Of a DNA stretch of 64,000 nucleotides, positions 1 to 9,306 are shown one piece after another. The notes below the pieces were generated by a model. It was not told where the DNA came from. It worked only from the letters and a program-made list of their open reading frames with translations, and ran no database searches. The stretch is from Cryomorphaceae bacterium (lineage in GTDB: Bacteria > Bacteroidota > Bacteroidia > Flavobacteriales > Schleiferiaceae), in the NCBI GenBank assembly GCA_003566715.1, contig PXCF01000139.1:18275-82274 (forward strand), read 5' to 3'. A program made the translations under genes and the position numbers. Positions within the stretch are counted from its first letter, which is position 1. Each line of letters begins with the position of its first letter.

Positions 1-287
1 GTAACGATGCTGCTCAGGTCATTTTGCAAAATGGCAAATACCGCAACGGCGTCAACCTTGTTGGTCTTGTTGTTCAAACTGATTACGGTTTCAAAGGGTG
101 CAATGGCAAAATCCGCATGATCGAGCTCAAGTTTTTTACCCGGTGTGACTTGGTAGTTGTCTTCAGCAGGATTGATGATGCTAAGTTCAATGCCTTGCTG
201 CTCATAAAGCCCCAGTTCTTTGGCGATTAAAAAGCCTATGTGATTGATATTTGGTGTCCAGTCAAGTGCTAAGTGTATGGTTGTCAT
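1..287 (-). CDS. NMT1/THI5-like protein (HMP-P synthase / ABC substrate-binding-like). The N-terminal part lies in the window and the gene continues past the window start.
   Basis: Manual reverse translation from the ATG at 287..285 gives MTTIHLALDWTPNINHIGFLIAKELGLYEQQGIELSIINPAEDNY..., which resembles the THI5/NMT1 N-terminus. The frame stays open to position 1. It is absent from the ORF track because it is partial. Confidence 0.6.
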   Translation of the reverse strand, partial: MTTIHLALDWTPNINHIGFLIAKELGLYEQQGIELSIINPAEDNYQVTPGKKLELDHADFAIAPFETVISLNNKTNKVDAVAVFAILQNDLSSIV

Positions 288-515
288 AAAATTGTTTTAG
301 CGTTTTTTAAACAAGCGCATGTCATGCTGCAAATTTTATTCGTGCCCCAAATATAGGCGATACTTGTTGGTTTGAAAACCCTCGGGCGCGTTTGTTGCGC
401 TCTCGTAAACACACCACCAAGCGGTGATCCTTATCCCAAAATCATCACGCAAATTTTTTTCGCTCTTTCCGCTGCATATCCGAACTTTACGCCACTTAAA
501 CGCCCCTTACATTTT

Positions 516-2498
516 ATGAATATTTCCTATAACCGCGAGTTGTTCGATAACGACGAACTAAAACATATTTATCGCACCATTCTCAAACCGAGATTGATTG
601 AAGAAAAAATGCTCATTGCCTTACGCCAAGGGAAAATCTCTAAGTGGTTTTCCGGCTATGGACAAGAGGCCATATCGGTGGGAACGACTTTGGCAATGAA
701 GCCCGAGGAACACATTCTCACCATGCACCGTAACTTGGGGGTATTTACCACGCGTGATATCGATTATTACCGCTTGTTTGCCCAGTTTCAAGGGAAAATG
801 GACGGTTTTACTAAAGGTCGCGATCGCTCGTTTCACTTTGGCAGCAAAGAACACAACATCGTGGGGATGATATCGCACTTAGGGCAGCAATTGGGCGTGG
901 CCGACGGGATTGCGCTGGCGTCTCTTTTGCAAAAAACAAAGCACGCGACGCTGGTATTTACCGGCGATGGAGGTGCCAGTGAAGGTGATTTTCACGAGGC
1001 ACTCAACGTGGCCGCGGTCTGGCAATTGCCGGTGATATTTGTGGTGGAAAATAACCAATGGGGACTATCAACCCCAAGCAATGAGCAGTTCCGATGCGCG
1101 TCTTTCGTAGACAAAGGTGTGGGATACGGCATGCGCTCGGAGAAAATCAACGGTAACAATATTCTCGAGGTAATAGAAGCCACCCGCTCTTGGGCGGAGC
1201 GCATCAGAGAGAAACCGGAACCGGTGTTGCTGGAATGCGTGACATTTAGAATGCGTGGTCACGAAGAAGCCAGTGGGACAAAATACTACCCCGATGGTTT
1301 GATTGATCACTGGGAGGCCTACGATCCTGTCAATAATTACCGAGATTTTTTAATTGAGGAAGGACTGCTTACCGATGATGAGGACGCGCAATTGCGCCAA
1401 GAGATTACCAAAGAAATATCCACAGCTTTACAAGCAGCCATGGACTCTCCCGACGTGGAGTACGATGAGGAGGTAGAAAAGGCAGACGTCTATGCGCCAT
1501 GCGACGCTCCCTTGGTGGAGCCAGGAGAAAAGACGGAAGAAAAGCGCCTCGTTGATGCTATTTCCGATGGTTTGCGCGAGGGGATGACCAAGCACGACAA
1601 TCTCGTGATTATGGGACAGGACATTGCCGAATACGGAGGCGTGTTTAAAATCACCGATGGCTTTGTCAAAGCATTTGGTAAAGACCGCGTACGCAATACC
1701 CCTTTATGTGAATCGGCCATTATCGGTGCCGGACTTGGACTGTCGGTACGCGGGATGAAAAGCGTGATTGAAATGCAATTTGCTGATTTTGTTACCGAGG
1801 GCTTTACGCAAATTGTTAACAATCTTGCAAAAATTCACTACCGCTGGGGACAAAATGCCGATGTGGTGATCCGTATGCCAACAGGCGCCGGGGTACAAGC
1901 CGGACCGTTTCACAGTCAGAGCAATGAGGCGTGGTTTGCCCATACTCCCGGACTGAAAGTGGTGTATCCCGCTTTCCCCGCTGATGCCAAGGGATTGCTT
2001 CTCCGTGCCATTGAAGACCCCAATCCAGTGATGTTTTTTGAACACAAGGGCTTGTACCGTTCGCTGTATGGACAAGTACCGGATGGTTATTACACTCTGC
2101 CATTTGGCGAAGCAGCATTGGTCAATGAAGGTCAAGCGGCCACCATTGTCACCTATGGTTTAGGCGTTCACTGGGCATTGGAATGGCAAAAGCATCACGC
2201 CGATACACAGGTAGATATCATTGACTTACGCACACTCGTGCCTTTGGATGAGGAGACCATTTATGCCTCGGTAAAAAAGACCAATCGCGTTCTTGTGTTG
2301 CACGAAGATTCTACCACGGGTGGTTTTGGTGCGGAAATATCGGCGCGGATATCTCATAACTGTTTCCGCGAACTCGACGCCCCCGTCATTCGCTTAGGCA
2401 GTGAAGATACCCCGGTGCCTTTTTCCGGTATATTGGAAAAAGGATTTTTGGCCAATGCCCGGTTGGAAAAAACGATGGAGGAATTGCTAGCGTTTTAA
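516..2498 (+). CDS. 2-oxo acid dehydrogenase E1 component with fused alpha and beta subunits (TPP-dependent, branched-chain/pyruvate type)
   Basis: The 708-aa ORF carries E1-alpha motifs (GDGGASEGDFHEALN, NNQWGLSTP) followed by E1-beta motifs (MGQDIAEYGGVFKIT, NTPLCESAI). I trimmed the start to the ATG at 516 (MNISYNRELF), because the ORF-track start at 372 is TTG. Confidence 0.85.
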   Translation: MNISYNRELFDNDELKHIYRTILKPRLIEEKMLIALRQGKISKWFSGYGQEAISVGTTLAMKPEEHILTMHRNLGVFTTRDIDYYRLFAQFQGKMDGFTKGRDRSFHFGSKEHNIVGMISHLGQQLGVADGIALASLLQKTKHATLVFTGDGGASEGDFHEALNVAAVWQLPVIFVVENNQWGLSTPSNEQFRCASFVDKGVGYGMRSEKINGNNILEVIEATRSWAERIREKPEPVLLECVTFRMRGHEEASGTKYYPDGLIDHWEAYDPVNNYRDFLIEEGLLTDDEDAQLRQEITKEISTALQAAMDSPDVEYDEEVEKADVYAPCDAPLVEPGEKTEEKRLVDAISDGLREGMTKHDNLVIMGQDIAEYGGVFKITDGFVKAFGKDRVRNTPLCESAIIGAGLGLSVRGMKSVIEMQFADFVTEGFTQIVNNLAKIHYRWGQNADVVIRMPTGAGVQAGPFHSQSNEAWFAHTPGLKVVYPAFPADAKGLLLRAIEDPNPVMFFEHKGLYRSLYGQVPDGYYTLPFGEAALVNEGQAATIVTYGLGVHWALEWQKHHADTQVDIIDLRTLVPLDEETIYASVKKTNRVLVLHEDSTTGGFGAEISARISHNCFRELDAPVIRLGSEDTPVPFSGILEKGFLANARLEKTMEELLAF

Positions 2499-2557
2499 AC
2501 CTTCAATTTCTAACTATAAAAAAACGCATAGGCTATAGAGTTCGAGACCAAGGCTTA

Positions 2558-3307
2558 TTATATTGAAAACAGCCAGGCTACACCAATAGCAACAATTACC
2601 GACACAATCTTCACCAAATTAAATCGGTGATCTTCGCTGGCCTCAAACAGAATGGTGGTAGAGATGTGCAGGAATATGCCCGCCACAAACGCTGTGGCGT
2701 ACATGTTGATTTGGTAGATGTCTGGTAAAAACTGTCCGGTAAACATACCCAGTGGCGCCATGATGGCAAACAACAGCAGCAAGCCGTAGGTGATGGGGAG
2801 GGATAGTTTGCGCTCTCTCAATAGCGAAAATAAAACCACGCCAACGGGGATGTGGTGAAGGGCAATGCCCCAGAAGAGTTTGTTACTGATTTCCGGAACG
2901 TGTAGTTGCGTGCCAATAGGGATACTCTCAATAAATGCGTGTAGGCATAAACTGAGCATGGCGGCAAGCGGTATGTTGTGACGTGGTCGTTTGAGTTCGC
3001 GATGGGCGTGACCATGTTCTACTCCGTGAGATATCATTTCCAAGATCACTTGAAACAAGAATCCCAGCATGACCAGAAGGCCGGGTAGGGGATTGTGCTG
3101 GTGACCGTGTGCGTGTGCGTGTGCGTGATCGTGCGGTTGATGCGCGAAAATTTCCGGCAATAGGTGCATCATGGCCAGTGCCAGTAAGTAGGCACCACTG
3201 AAGGCCAATAATATTTTTAGTCTCGACGGATTACCGTGTCTAAACCAATTGGCGATAATTGCGCCTACCATTACGGAGGCGATGAGAATGATGGTTTTAA
3301 AGATCAT
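2558..3307 (-). CDS. ZIP family divalent-metal transporter with a His-rich loop
   Basis: Multi-TM protein with an HQPHDHAHAHAHGHQH loop and the HNIPEG-like motif HHIPVG typical of ZupT/ZIP proteins. Confidence 0.75.
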   Translation of the reverse strand: MIFKTIILIASVMVGAIIANWFRHGNPSRLKILLAFSGAYLLALAMMHLLPEIFAHQPHDHAHAHAHGHQHNPLPGLLVMLGFLFQVILEMISHGVEHGHAHRELKRPRHNIPLAAMLSLCLHAFIESIPIGTQLHVPEISNKLFWGIALHHIPVGVVLFSLLRERKLSLPITYGLLLLFAIMAPLGMFTGQFLPDIYQINMYATAFVAGIFLHISTTILFEASEDHRFNLVKIVSVIVAIGVAWLFSI

Positions 3308-4035
3308 TTACGAGCAAGGGTAATGTAGCGCTTTGAGCTACTTATATTTAATGTGGAAAGTTGATAGTCGCCCCATTCACGTTCAATGGTAAATCCGGAA
3401 GATTTAAGCATCTCTCGGAATGTTTCCGGATAAATGAGTTTTACTTTTTCATGAAATGTATGAATATTGTCTTGGTCTTCCACGCGAATGGTTTTAATCA
3501 CGTACTCACCTTCAATTCGTCGTTGAATGTCAAACTGTACATTGTCGATGACTTTGGTTTCCGGGTTGGTGTTGATGTGGGAAAGAGTCTTGGGATTGAG
3601 GTAGTCAAAGAGAAAGCAGCCGTTGGGGGTCAATGCCTTGTGGATATTGTCGAATACCTGTTGATTTTCATTTTGGGTATTGAAATAGCCAAAACTGGTG
3701 AAGAGGTTAACCACAGCGTCGTATTTTTCTGAGCCTAGGTCATCGCGCATATCGCCTTGAACAAACGATAGTCCTTCACGAGCGAAGTGTTTATTAGCAA
3801 ATGCAATGTTTTCTGCCGAGAGGTCGAGGCCGGTAACATTGTAACCATTATCGGCTAGTTGAACTGCGTGCCGTCCTCTACCACAGGCGAGATCAAGTAT
3901 GTGGCTGTTGTGAGGGAGTGGATGTTTTTTTAACCATTGGTCTATAAACGATCCGGCCTCATTGAGGTCTCGATGTCGGTAGAGTAGGTGGTAATAAGGT
4001 GTGTTGAACCAAGTGGCAAACCATTCTTTATTCAT
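3304..4035 (-). CDS. Class I SAM-dependent methyltransferase
   Basis: Motif I is LDLACGRGRHAVQL. The ATG at 4035 (MNKEWFATWF) is preferred over the upstream TTG at 4053. The gene overlaps the ZIP gene start by 4 nt. Confidence 0.75.
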   Translation of the reverse strand: MNKEWFATWFNTPYYHLLYRHRDLNEAGSFIDQWLKKHPLPHNSHILDLACGRGRHAVQLADNGYNVTGLDLSAENIAFANKHFAREGLSFVQGDMRDDLGSEKYDAVVNLFTSFGYFNTQNENQQVFDNIHKALTPNGCFLFDYLNPKTLSHINTNPETKVIDNVQFDIQRRIEGEYVIKTIRVEDQDNIHTFHEKVKLIYPETFREMLKSSGFTIEREWGDYQLSTLNISSSKRYITLARK

Positions 4036-4084
4036 GCGGCAAAAATAACACAATAAAGAGTGATTGACGCGGTGAAATGCAACT

Positions 4085-5410
4085 TTATTGCAATATCGTT
4101 ACACCAAGTGTAAACATGGTACGGTTGCGCTCGTTCATAAATGGCGTTGGTATAAGGCCTTGATCGAAGACAAACTCTCCAGTTGTACTTTGGAAGTTGA
4201 CCAAGCTCATGTTGATGCCAAATTTTTTGGTTTGGTAGCCAATGCCTCCATGAATTCCGGTTACGTTGGTAGCGTTGAAGCGCTCGCTGTATCCACTGGT
4301 GGTTAAAGAGTAGCCGCCACGAAGGAAAAAGCTGCCAAGGCGAATTTCTGTTCCGGCTCGGAGGTGGGGCATAGGCGTCAAGTCATTTCTGATGTCTTCA
4401 CGTAGATTGTCTTTTATTGATTGCTCCATATCTCGTCCTCCATAACGTGAGGTTCTTGGGTCAACAAAGTCGTAATCGATGCTAATAAAGCCAAACTTGT
4501 TAAATACATAGGCCATACCGGCGTTTAAGCGAGCGGCATTATATGCTGTATAGCGGTAGTTTGGATTAAAGCCTCTTTCTTCTTCTAACTCTTCGAAAAT
4601 CCCTCCATCTCGATAAATAAAATCAAATTCACCGTTAAAGGAATGTGCAGTTGGTGTTTGTGCGGAAACACCAATTCTAAGTGCCGGTATAGGACGATAA
4701 ATAACGCCAGCACGCGCGTTGATGCCAACGCCAGAAACATCAATCCCTTCAGCATATTCTACAAACCCTTGCTCAACTTCATTTACATCGCTAACGGACT
4801 GGTCATTGAAATAATTTTGTCTAAAGGTGGTAAACGGAACACCGATGCCAAAGCCATAATACCATTTATGACCTTCGTTAAAGCCAAAGGTTAGACCCAA
4901 TTCATGTTGTGTGCCAATGATCTCTCTACTTACTGAATCATTGTAAAAATCACCGGGCTCAAATATGTCGCCTTCCGGGTTCATTACAAAACCACGGCCG
5001 TTATAGCTCTCTCTAAAAGATGCGGTTTGATTAAACGTCAACGCAAATACCGAACTGCGGTTGCGTTCTTCGTTCATCATCCACGTTTTTCCAAAGTTGG
5101 TGATGGTGACACCTGCTTCATTGTTGTCGCCAATACGTTGGCCGTTAAAGCTTGTGGCATTGTTATGCGAAAATATGCCGAAGTGCACATCTACTTGCTC
5201 ACGGCGAAAAACCCCGACACCGGCCGGATTGATGTGAATGGAGGAGAAGTCATTGCCCAAGGCCGAAAAGGCTCCTCCTACGCCTGCGCTGCGTGCTGTG
5301 CCTAGATTTTGATGGCGATTCAAATGATGCATCTCCATGGCCGTTTGCCCCTTAAGTGTCATGGATTCAAACAAAAACAGGGCAATACCGATAAAGAAAT
5401 TTCTGCTCAT
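4085..5410 (-). CDS. Outer-membrane beta-barrel protein, FadL/TodX/PorV-like (putative hydrophobic-compound channel)
   Basis: It has a signal peptide, the N-terminal motif GTARSAGVGGAFSALGNDFSSIHINPAGVG, and alternating aromatic/Gly beta-strand patterns to the C-terminus. Confidence 0.45.
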   Translation of the reverse strand: MSRNFFIGIALFLFESMTLKGQTAMEMHHLNRHQNLGTARSAGVGGAFSALGNDFSSIHINPAGVGVFRREQVDVHFGIFSHNNATSFNGQRIGDNNEAGVTITNFGKTWMMNEERNRSSVFALTFNQTASFRESYNGRGFVMNPEGDIFEPGDFYNDSVSREIIGTQHELGLTFGFNEGHKWYYGFGIGVPFTTFRQNYFNDQSVSDVNEVEQGFVEYAEGIDVSGVGINARAGVIYRPIPALRIGVSAQTPTAHSFNGEFDFIYRDGGIFEELEEERGFNPNYRYTAYNAARLNAGMAYVFNKFGFISIDYDFVDPRTSRYGGRDMEQSIKDNLREDIRNDLTPMPHLRAGTEIRLGSFFLRGGYSLTTSGYSERFNATNVTGIHGGIGYQTKKFGINMSLVNFQSTTGEFVFDQGLIPTPFMNERNRTMFTLGVTILQ

Positions 5411-5477
5411 ATTGGTTGTTGTAGAAGATAAAAAAAAGCATTCCTCACATCTTAAGAGGAATGCTTACATACTCAAT

Positions 5478-6827
5478 TTATCGGCGTCCACCGCCGCGTG
5501 AAGGTGCAGATCTTACGCCACCACCGCTGCTGCGTGAAGGTGCAGAGCGCATGCTGCCACCACTGCTACGTGAAGGTGTGGAGCGGAAGCTTCCACCTCT
5601 TGAGGGAGTAGAGCGGCTTGGGCTAACACTTCTCGAAGGAGAAACACCTCTGCTTGGCATGCTGCGTGAAGGCGCAGTTCTGGCGGGGGGGCTGTAGTTG
5701 CTTCTCGATGGCGCACGTTGCATAGTCCCACGTGCAGGAGAAGTGTTTGAGCGTGCAGGTGCAGCGCGTCTAGAGCTGGGCGCAACGGAGCGTGAAGGTG
5801 TGGTTGCTCTTTGGTTTGCCGCACCGGGCGTTGTACGTGCCCCACCAGTACGTGCAGCAGGTTGCGTAGTTCTTGAAGGCGCGTGCATAAAATTGCTTCT
5901 TGAAGAAGCGGCACTGCGCTGCGATACGTTTGAACGGGCCAAGTCAGAATAGTTGGTGGCACGGTTAAACGAAGATCCTCTGGTAGCCGCTGTAGAGCGA
6001 TTGCTTGTCGTATTGCGCAAACTGCTAATTCCTTCGGTAGATGATCCTGCTGTACGTGCAGTTGAGCGCGAAGACTGAGCAACTCTGTTGCCTCCTGTAG
6101 CTGTAGAAGTACGCGTGTTGGCAGAAGCTCGGTCGCGAGCGATGGAAGTTGAACGAGGAGCGGTGTTTATCGTTCTGCGATTAACACCACCGGGCATGGT
6201 TCCGTATCCAGAACCTCCGGGACGCGTTCCCGCAAAGCTTGAGCGACGATTTGGGGCATAGTCGTATCCGGCACCCCACATGGCGCCATGACGGAAGCCG
6301 GCGTTATAGCTGTGCCAGCCCATACCCATACCCATACCCATGCCCCAAGGGCGCATCATGAATGGATCGTAGAAAAAGGGATCGTACATGGCCATCGGGT
6401 GCATCCCCCAAGGGTGCATCATGCCCCAAGGACGCATACCCATACCCATGCCCCATCCCATGCCCATGCCATAGCCCATGCCAAAGCTCCATCCGGGCTG
6501 CATGCCCCAACCCATTCCGGGGTGCATACCCATTCCCATTCCCATACCACCGTAGTAGTTATTTACGACCGCACCACCACCGGCAGCGCTACCACCTCTA
6601 GAGTCACGAGATTTTTCGCGAAAATCTGGGTCGTAGTAATCGTCGTAAATTTCACTTTGTTCGCCCGTATTATCGGCCTGCATAGAATTGGTCGCGCCAA
6701 CAGAAGGAGCCATGTAGCCGGGATTAAAATATATTCCATCGTCGTAGTGATTGGAAACAATGTCGCTTTTTGAACGACATCCAATCAAAACGATTCCTAA
6801 CATCATTATGGTCATCAATTTTTTCAT
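5478..6827 (-). CDS. Low-complexity lipoprotein with a Met/Gly/Trp/His-rich central block and a Ser/Arg/Thr/Pro/Ala-rich repeat tail. Function unknown.
   Basis: The ATG at 6827 gives [17 protein letters not shown], a lipobox with Cys. Downstream come [20 protein letters not shown]...[16 protein letters not shown], and the protein ends in tandem [12 protein letters not shown] units. Confidence 0.6.
   Translation of the reverse strand: MKKLMTIMMLGIVLIGCRSKSDIVSNHYDDGIYFNPGYMAPSVGATNSMQADNTGEQSEIYDDYYDPDFREKSRDSRGGSAAGGGAVVNNYYGGMGMGMGMHPGMGWGMQPGWSFGMGYGMGMGWGMGMGMRPWGMMHPWGMHPMAMYDPFFYDPFMMRPWGMGMGMGMGWHSYNAGFRHGAMWGAGYDYAPNRRSSFAGTRPGGSGYGTMPGGVNRRTINTAPRSTSIARDRASANTRTSTATGGNRVAQSSRSTARTAGSSTEGISSLRNTTSNRSTAATRGSSFNRATNYSDLARSNVSQRSAASSRSNFMHAPSRTTQPAARTGGARTTPGAANQRATTPSRSVAPSSRRAAPARSNTSPARGTMQRAPSRSNYSPPARTAPSRSMPSRGVSPSRSVSPSRSTPSRGGSFRSTPSRSSGGSMRSAPSRSSGGGVRSAPSRGGGRR
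5497..5690. repeat. Imperfect 30-36 nt tandem repeats inside the lipoprotein gene, encoding [16 protein letters not shown] 10-12-aa units
   Basis: CGTGAAGG(T/C)G recurs at 5497, 5533, 5569 and 5664, with a diverged copy near 5599. Confidence 0.8.
6313..6556. repeat. Microsatellite-like CATACC/CATGCC repeats encoding the (GM)n/W/H/P block
   Basis: Runs such as catacccatacccatacccatgcc and cattcccattcccatacc, which translate on the minus strand to GMGMGMGW and similar. Confidence 0.85.
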
Positions 6828-6857
6828 CACTTGGGCATTTAAAAGGGTTGTTTCTCG

Positions 6858-6865
6858 TAGCTTTG
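6858..6865 (+). promoter_or_regulatory. Candidate Bacteroidota sigma-A -7 box (TAnnTTTG) for proS
   Basis: TAGCTTTG lies 45 nt upstream of the ATG at 6910. Confidence 0.3.
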
Positions 6866-6909
6866 CACTACGATTAATAAACTTCAAATTTCATACCAAT
6901 AAACCTCAT

Positions 6910-8385
6910 ATGGCTAAAGTTCTTGCAAGCAAAGATAGTGATTACGCGCAATGGTACAATGATTTAGTAATAAAAGCTGATCTGGCCGAAAACAGTGCGG
7001 TTCGTGGCAGTATGGTTATCAAACCATACGGTTATGCCATTTGGGAAAAAATGCAGGCTGAGTTAGATAGAATGTTCAAGGAAACCGGACATGTCAACGC
7101 CTATTTTCCACTTTTTATTCCCAAATCATTTTTTAGTAAAGAAGCCAGTCACGTAGAGGGTTTCGCCAAAGAGTGCGCGGTTGTTACCCACTATCGACTT
7201 AAAAACGACCCCAACGGAAAAGGCGTAATCGTAGACCCGGACGCCAAGCTGGAAGAAGAATTGATTGTTCGTCCTACGTCGGAAACCGTTATTTGGGATA
7301 CCTATCGCAAGTGGATACAGTCTTACCGTGATTTACCGATAAAGATTAACCAATGGGCCAATGTGGTGCGTTGGGAAATGCGAACCCGTTTGTTTTTGCG
7401 TACCGCAGAGTTTCTTTGGCAAGAAGGTCATACGGCACATGCCAGCAAGCAAGAAGCGATAGAAGAGGCAGAAACCATGCTGAATGTTTACGCTACCTTT
7501 TTAGAAAACTTCATGGCCATTCCGGTTCTGAAAGGCATTAAAACCGAATCCGAGCGTTTTGCTGGTGCGGTTGAAACTTACTGTGTTGAAGCGTTGATGC
7601 AAGACGGAAAGGCGCTTCAAGCCGGTACCTCGCATTTTTTAGGACAAAATTTTGCCAAGGCGTTTGATGTAACGTTCGCCACAAAAGAAGGTACCAATGA
7701 GTTGGTATGGGCTACTTCATGGGGCGTTTCTACCCGCTTGATTGGCGCACTCATCATGACGCACAGTGACAACAACGGCTTGGTTTTGCCTCCAAAATTG
7801 GCGCCACACCAGGTGGTTATCGTACCCATTTATCGCAAAGATGAAGAGTTTGAAAAGGTCGATGCCGCTGCGAAAGACATTGTACAGAAACTTAGAGCGG
7901 CAGGTATTTCGGTGCATTACGACAACCGAGATACCCATAAACCCGGATGGAAATTCAATGAATATGAATTGAAAGGGGTCCCGGTACGTATCGCCATTGG
8001 TCCGCGAGATTTGGAAAAGCAACAGGTAGAACTGGCGCGGCGTGATACCTTGGAGAAGTCTTTTCAGCCAATGGAAGGATTAACCGGAGTTATTGCCGAC
8101 ATACTCGAGCAAATGCAAACCAGTCTTCTGGAGCGTGCCCGTAAGCGCACCCAAGACGGAACTTATGCTGTTGATACGTGGGAAGAATTTACCGAAGCCG
8201 TTAAAAATCGCGGAGGGTTTATCAAGGCCCACTGGGATGGCACGGCAGAAACCGAGCGCATCATCAAGGAAAAAACTAAGGCCACCATTCGCTGCATCGA
8301 ATTAGATGCACCGGAGGAAGAAGGGGTATGTGTATTCAGCGGCAAGCCTTCCAAAAGAAGAGTCGTGTTTGCAAAGGCCTATTAG
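6910..8385 (+). CDS. proS: Proline--tRNA ligase (archaeal/eukaryote-like class IIa type, about 491 aa)
   Basis: [27 protein letters not shown]..., class II motifs and the C-terminal ...[10 protein letters not shown] used the ATG at 6910, because the 6751 extension overlaps the divergent lipoprotein gene. Confidence 0.92.
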   Translation: MAKVLASKDSDYAQWYNDLVIKADLAENSAVRGSMVIKPYGYAIWEKMQAELDRMFKETGHVNAYFPLFIPKSFFSKEASHVEGFAKECAVVTHYRLKNDPNGKGVIVDPDAKLEEELIVRPTSETVIWDTYRKWIQSYRDLPIKINQWANVVRWEMRTRLFLRTAEFLWQEGHTAHASKQEAIEEAETMLNVYATFLENFMAIPVLKGIKTESERFAGAVETYCVEALMQDGKALQAGTSHFLGQNFAKAFDVTFATKEGTNELVWATSWGVSTRLIGALIMTHSDNNGLVLPPKLAPHQVVIVPIYRKDEEFEKVDAAAKDIVQKLRAAGISVHYDNRDTHKPGWKFNEYELKGVPVRIAIGPRDLEKQQVELARRDTLEKSFQPMEGLTGVIADILEQMQTSLLERARKRTQDGTYAVDTWEEFTEAVKNRGGFIKAHWDGTAETERIIKEKTKATIRCIELDAPEEEGVCVFSGKPSKRRVVFAKAY

Positions 8386-8391
8386 GCCTCA

Positions 8392-8417
8392 TAGAGACGC
8401 AAAATGTCGTGTCTCTA
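8392..8417 (+). repeat. GTAGAGACGCA-family palindromic hairpin, 7 nt after the proS stop
   Basis: tagagacgc-aaaatgtc-gtgtctcta forms a 9-bp stem including one G.T pair. The arm sequence matches the repeats at 32385-32473. Confidence 0.7.
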
Positions 8418-8457
8418 CGGTTGACCATTTTAACAATCATAAAAAAACACCGTTGCC

Positions 8458-9129
8458 ATGTCTGAAAATATTTCCTGTAACATCGATCTATACCGTTTAC
8501 TGACCAAAAAATCAGCCGCTAAGGTGGAGGTTTTTAATCACATAAAAACGGTGATGAGCCTTTGGAAGGAGGTGTTGGAAGAATTGGCCGGTGAACTGTC
8601 AACCAATGTTTGTGGCGAAAATGAAGACATCGTTATCGAATATTTAGACGTGTCAACATTTGAGGCTAAGTTAAGAGCCTCTGGGGATATATTGTTTTCT
8701 TACGTGCATACCAATGTCTTTGCTTTGGACGAAAGTCACTATTTACACCAGCACTCATATTTAAAAAAAAATGAACTAGAGGGCTACTTTGGTACGTTGA
8801 ATCTCTATTATTTCTTGGGCGATTCCATTAAATACAACCGCTTGAACGACAACGGTATTTTGATCGCTCGGGTGATGGTCAATAAGTCAGGTCTGTTCTT
8901 TGTTGAAGGCATTCGCGCCTTCGGAGAATTCGATCGATTTGATCATAAACGCCCATTGACCCGTGAGCGAATGAAAGTTTTGGCTGAGATGGCGTTAAAA
9001 CACATGCTCGACATCGACTTGACCTTGCCGCCCCGACAGCATGCACAGTTGTTAAGTGTTGGCGACATCCAGTCTTTGAGGCAGGAGTTGAGGTTTAATA
9101 CAACGCAGAGATTGGGATTTAGGAAGTAG
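8458..9129 (+). CDS. Hypothetical cytoplasmic protein
   Basis: A 223-aa ORF with normal composition. I recognise no signal peptide and no motif. Confidence 0.5.
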   Translation: MSENISCNIDLYRLLTKKSAAKVEVFNHIKTVMSLWKEVLEELAGELSTNVCGENEDIVIEYLDVSTFEAKLRASGDILFSYVHTNVFALDESHYLHQHSYLKKNELEGYFGTLNLYYFLGDSIKYNRLNDNGILIARVMVNKSGLFFVEGIRAFGEFDRFDHKRPLTRERMKVLAEMALKHMLDIDLTLPPRQHAQLLSVGDIQSLRQELRFNTTQRLGFRK

Positions 9130-9306
9130 GGGGATGGGGCGCTACGCGCGCTTTGATAGCGGTGAGCAGTGAGCCGTTCATAAACCCGTAGCCAAAATCA
9201 GAATAAAAGCCCACTCAAAACTCATCACTCAAAACTCATAACCAAATCAGTGGCATGTACAAAAAACGAAAAACGCTTGTGCCATCGACAAATCATCAAT
9301 CAAAAA

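Noticed and set aside
24-230. 68-aa plus-strand ORF at the window start.
   Set aside because: The opposite strand encodes a clearly THI5/NMT1-like N-terminus that is open to the window edge, so the plus ORF is antisense noise.
288-515. Possible TPP (THI-box) riboswitch in front of the THI5/NMT1-like gene, which is divergent from a TPP-dependent E1 gene.
   Set aside because: I reverse-complemented the region and looked for the conserved CUGAGA and ACCUGAUCUGGAUAAUGCCAGCG-AGGGA cores, and neither is present. Only a generic stem is seen (cttgttggt...accaccaag). An Rfam RF00059 scan would settle it.
3100-3140. (GTGCGT)n microsatellite.
   Set aside because: It simply encodes the HAHAHAH metal-binding loop of the ZIP transporter and is not an independent element.
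5461-6784. Plus-strand ORFs across the low-complexity gene (5461-5697, 5698-5952, 6288-6773 'HTHTHTH', 6362-6601), plus other minus-frame ORFs at 5513-6082, 6304-6510 and 6563-6784.
   Set aside because: These are mirror-image artefacts of simple-sequence DNA. Only the 5478-6827 frame has a proper lipoprotein signal and an ATG start and runs the full length.
6751-6909. N-terminal extensions given by the ORF track: proS from 6751, E1 from 372, ABC from 11421, the flavoprotein from 31161, lptG from 60259 and tgt from 59132.
   Set aside because: The extensions start at non-ATG codons or overlap upstream genes, and they lack family-like sequence. Internal ATGs give canonical N-termini and lengths.
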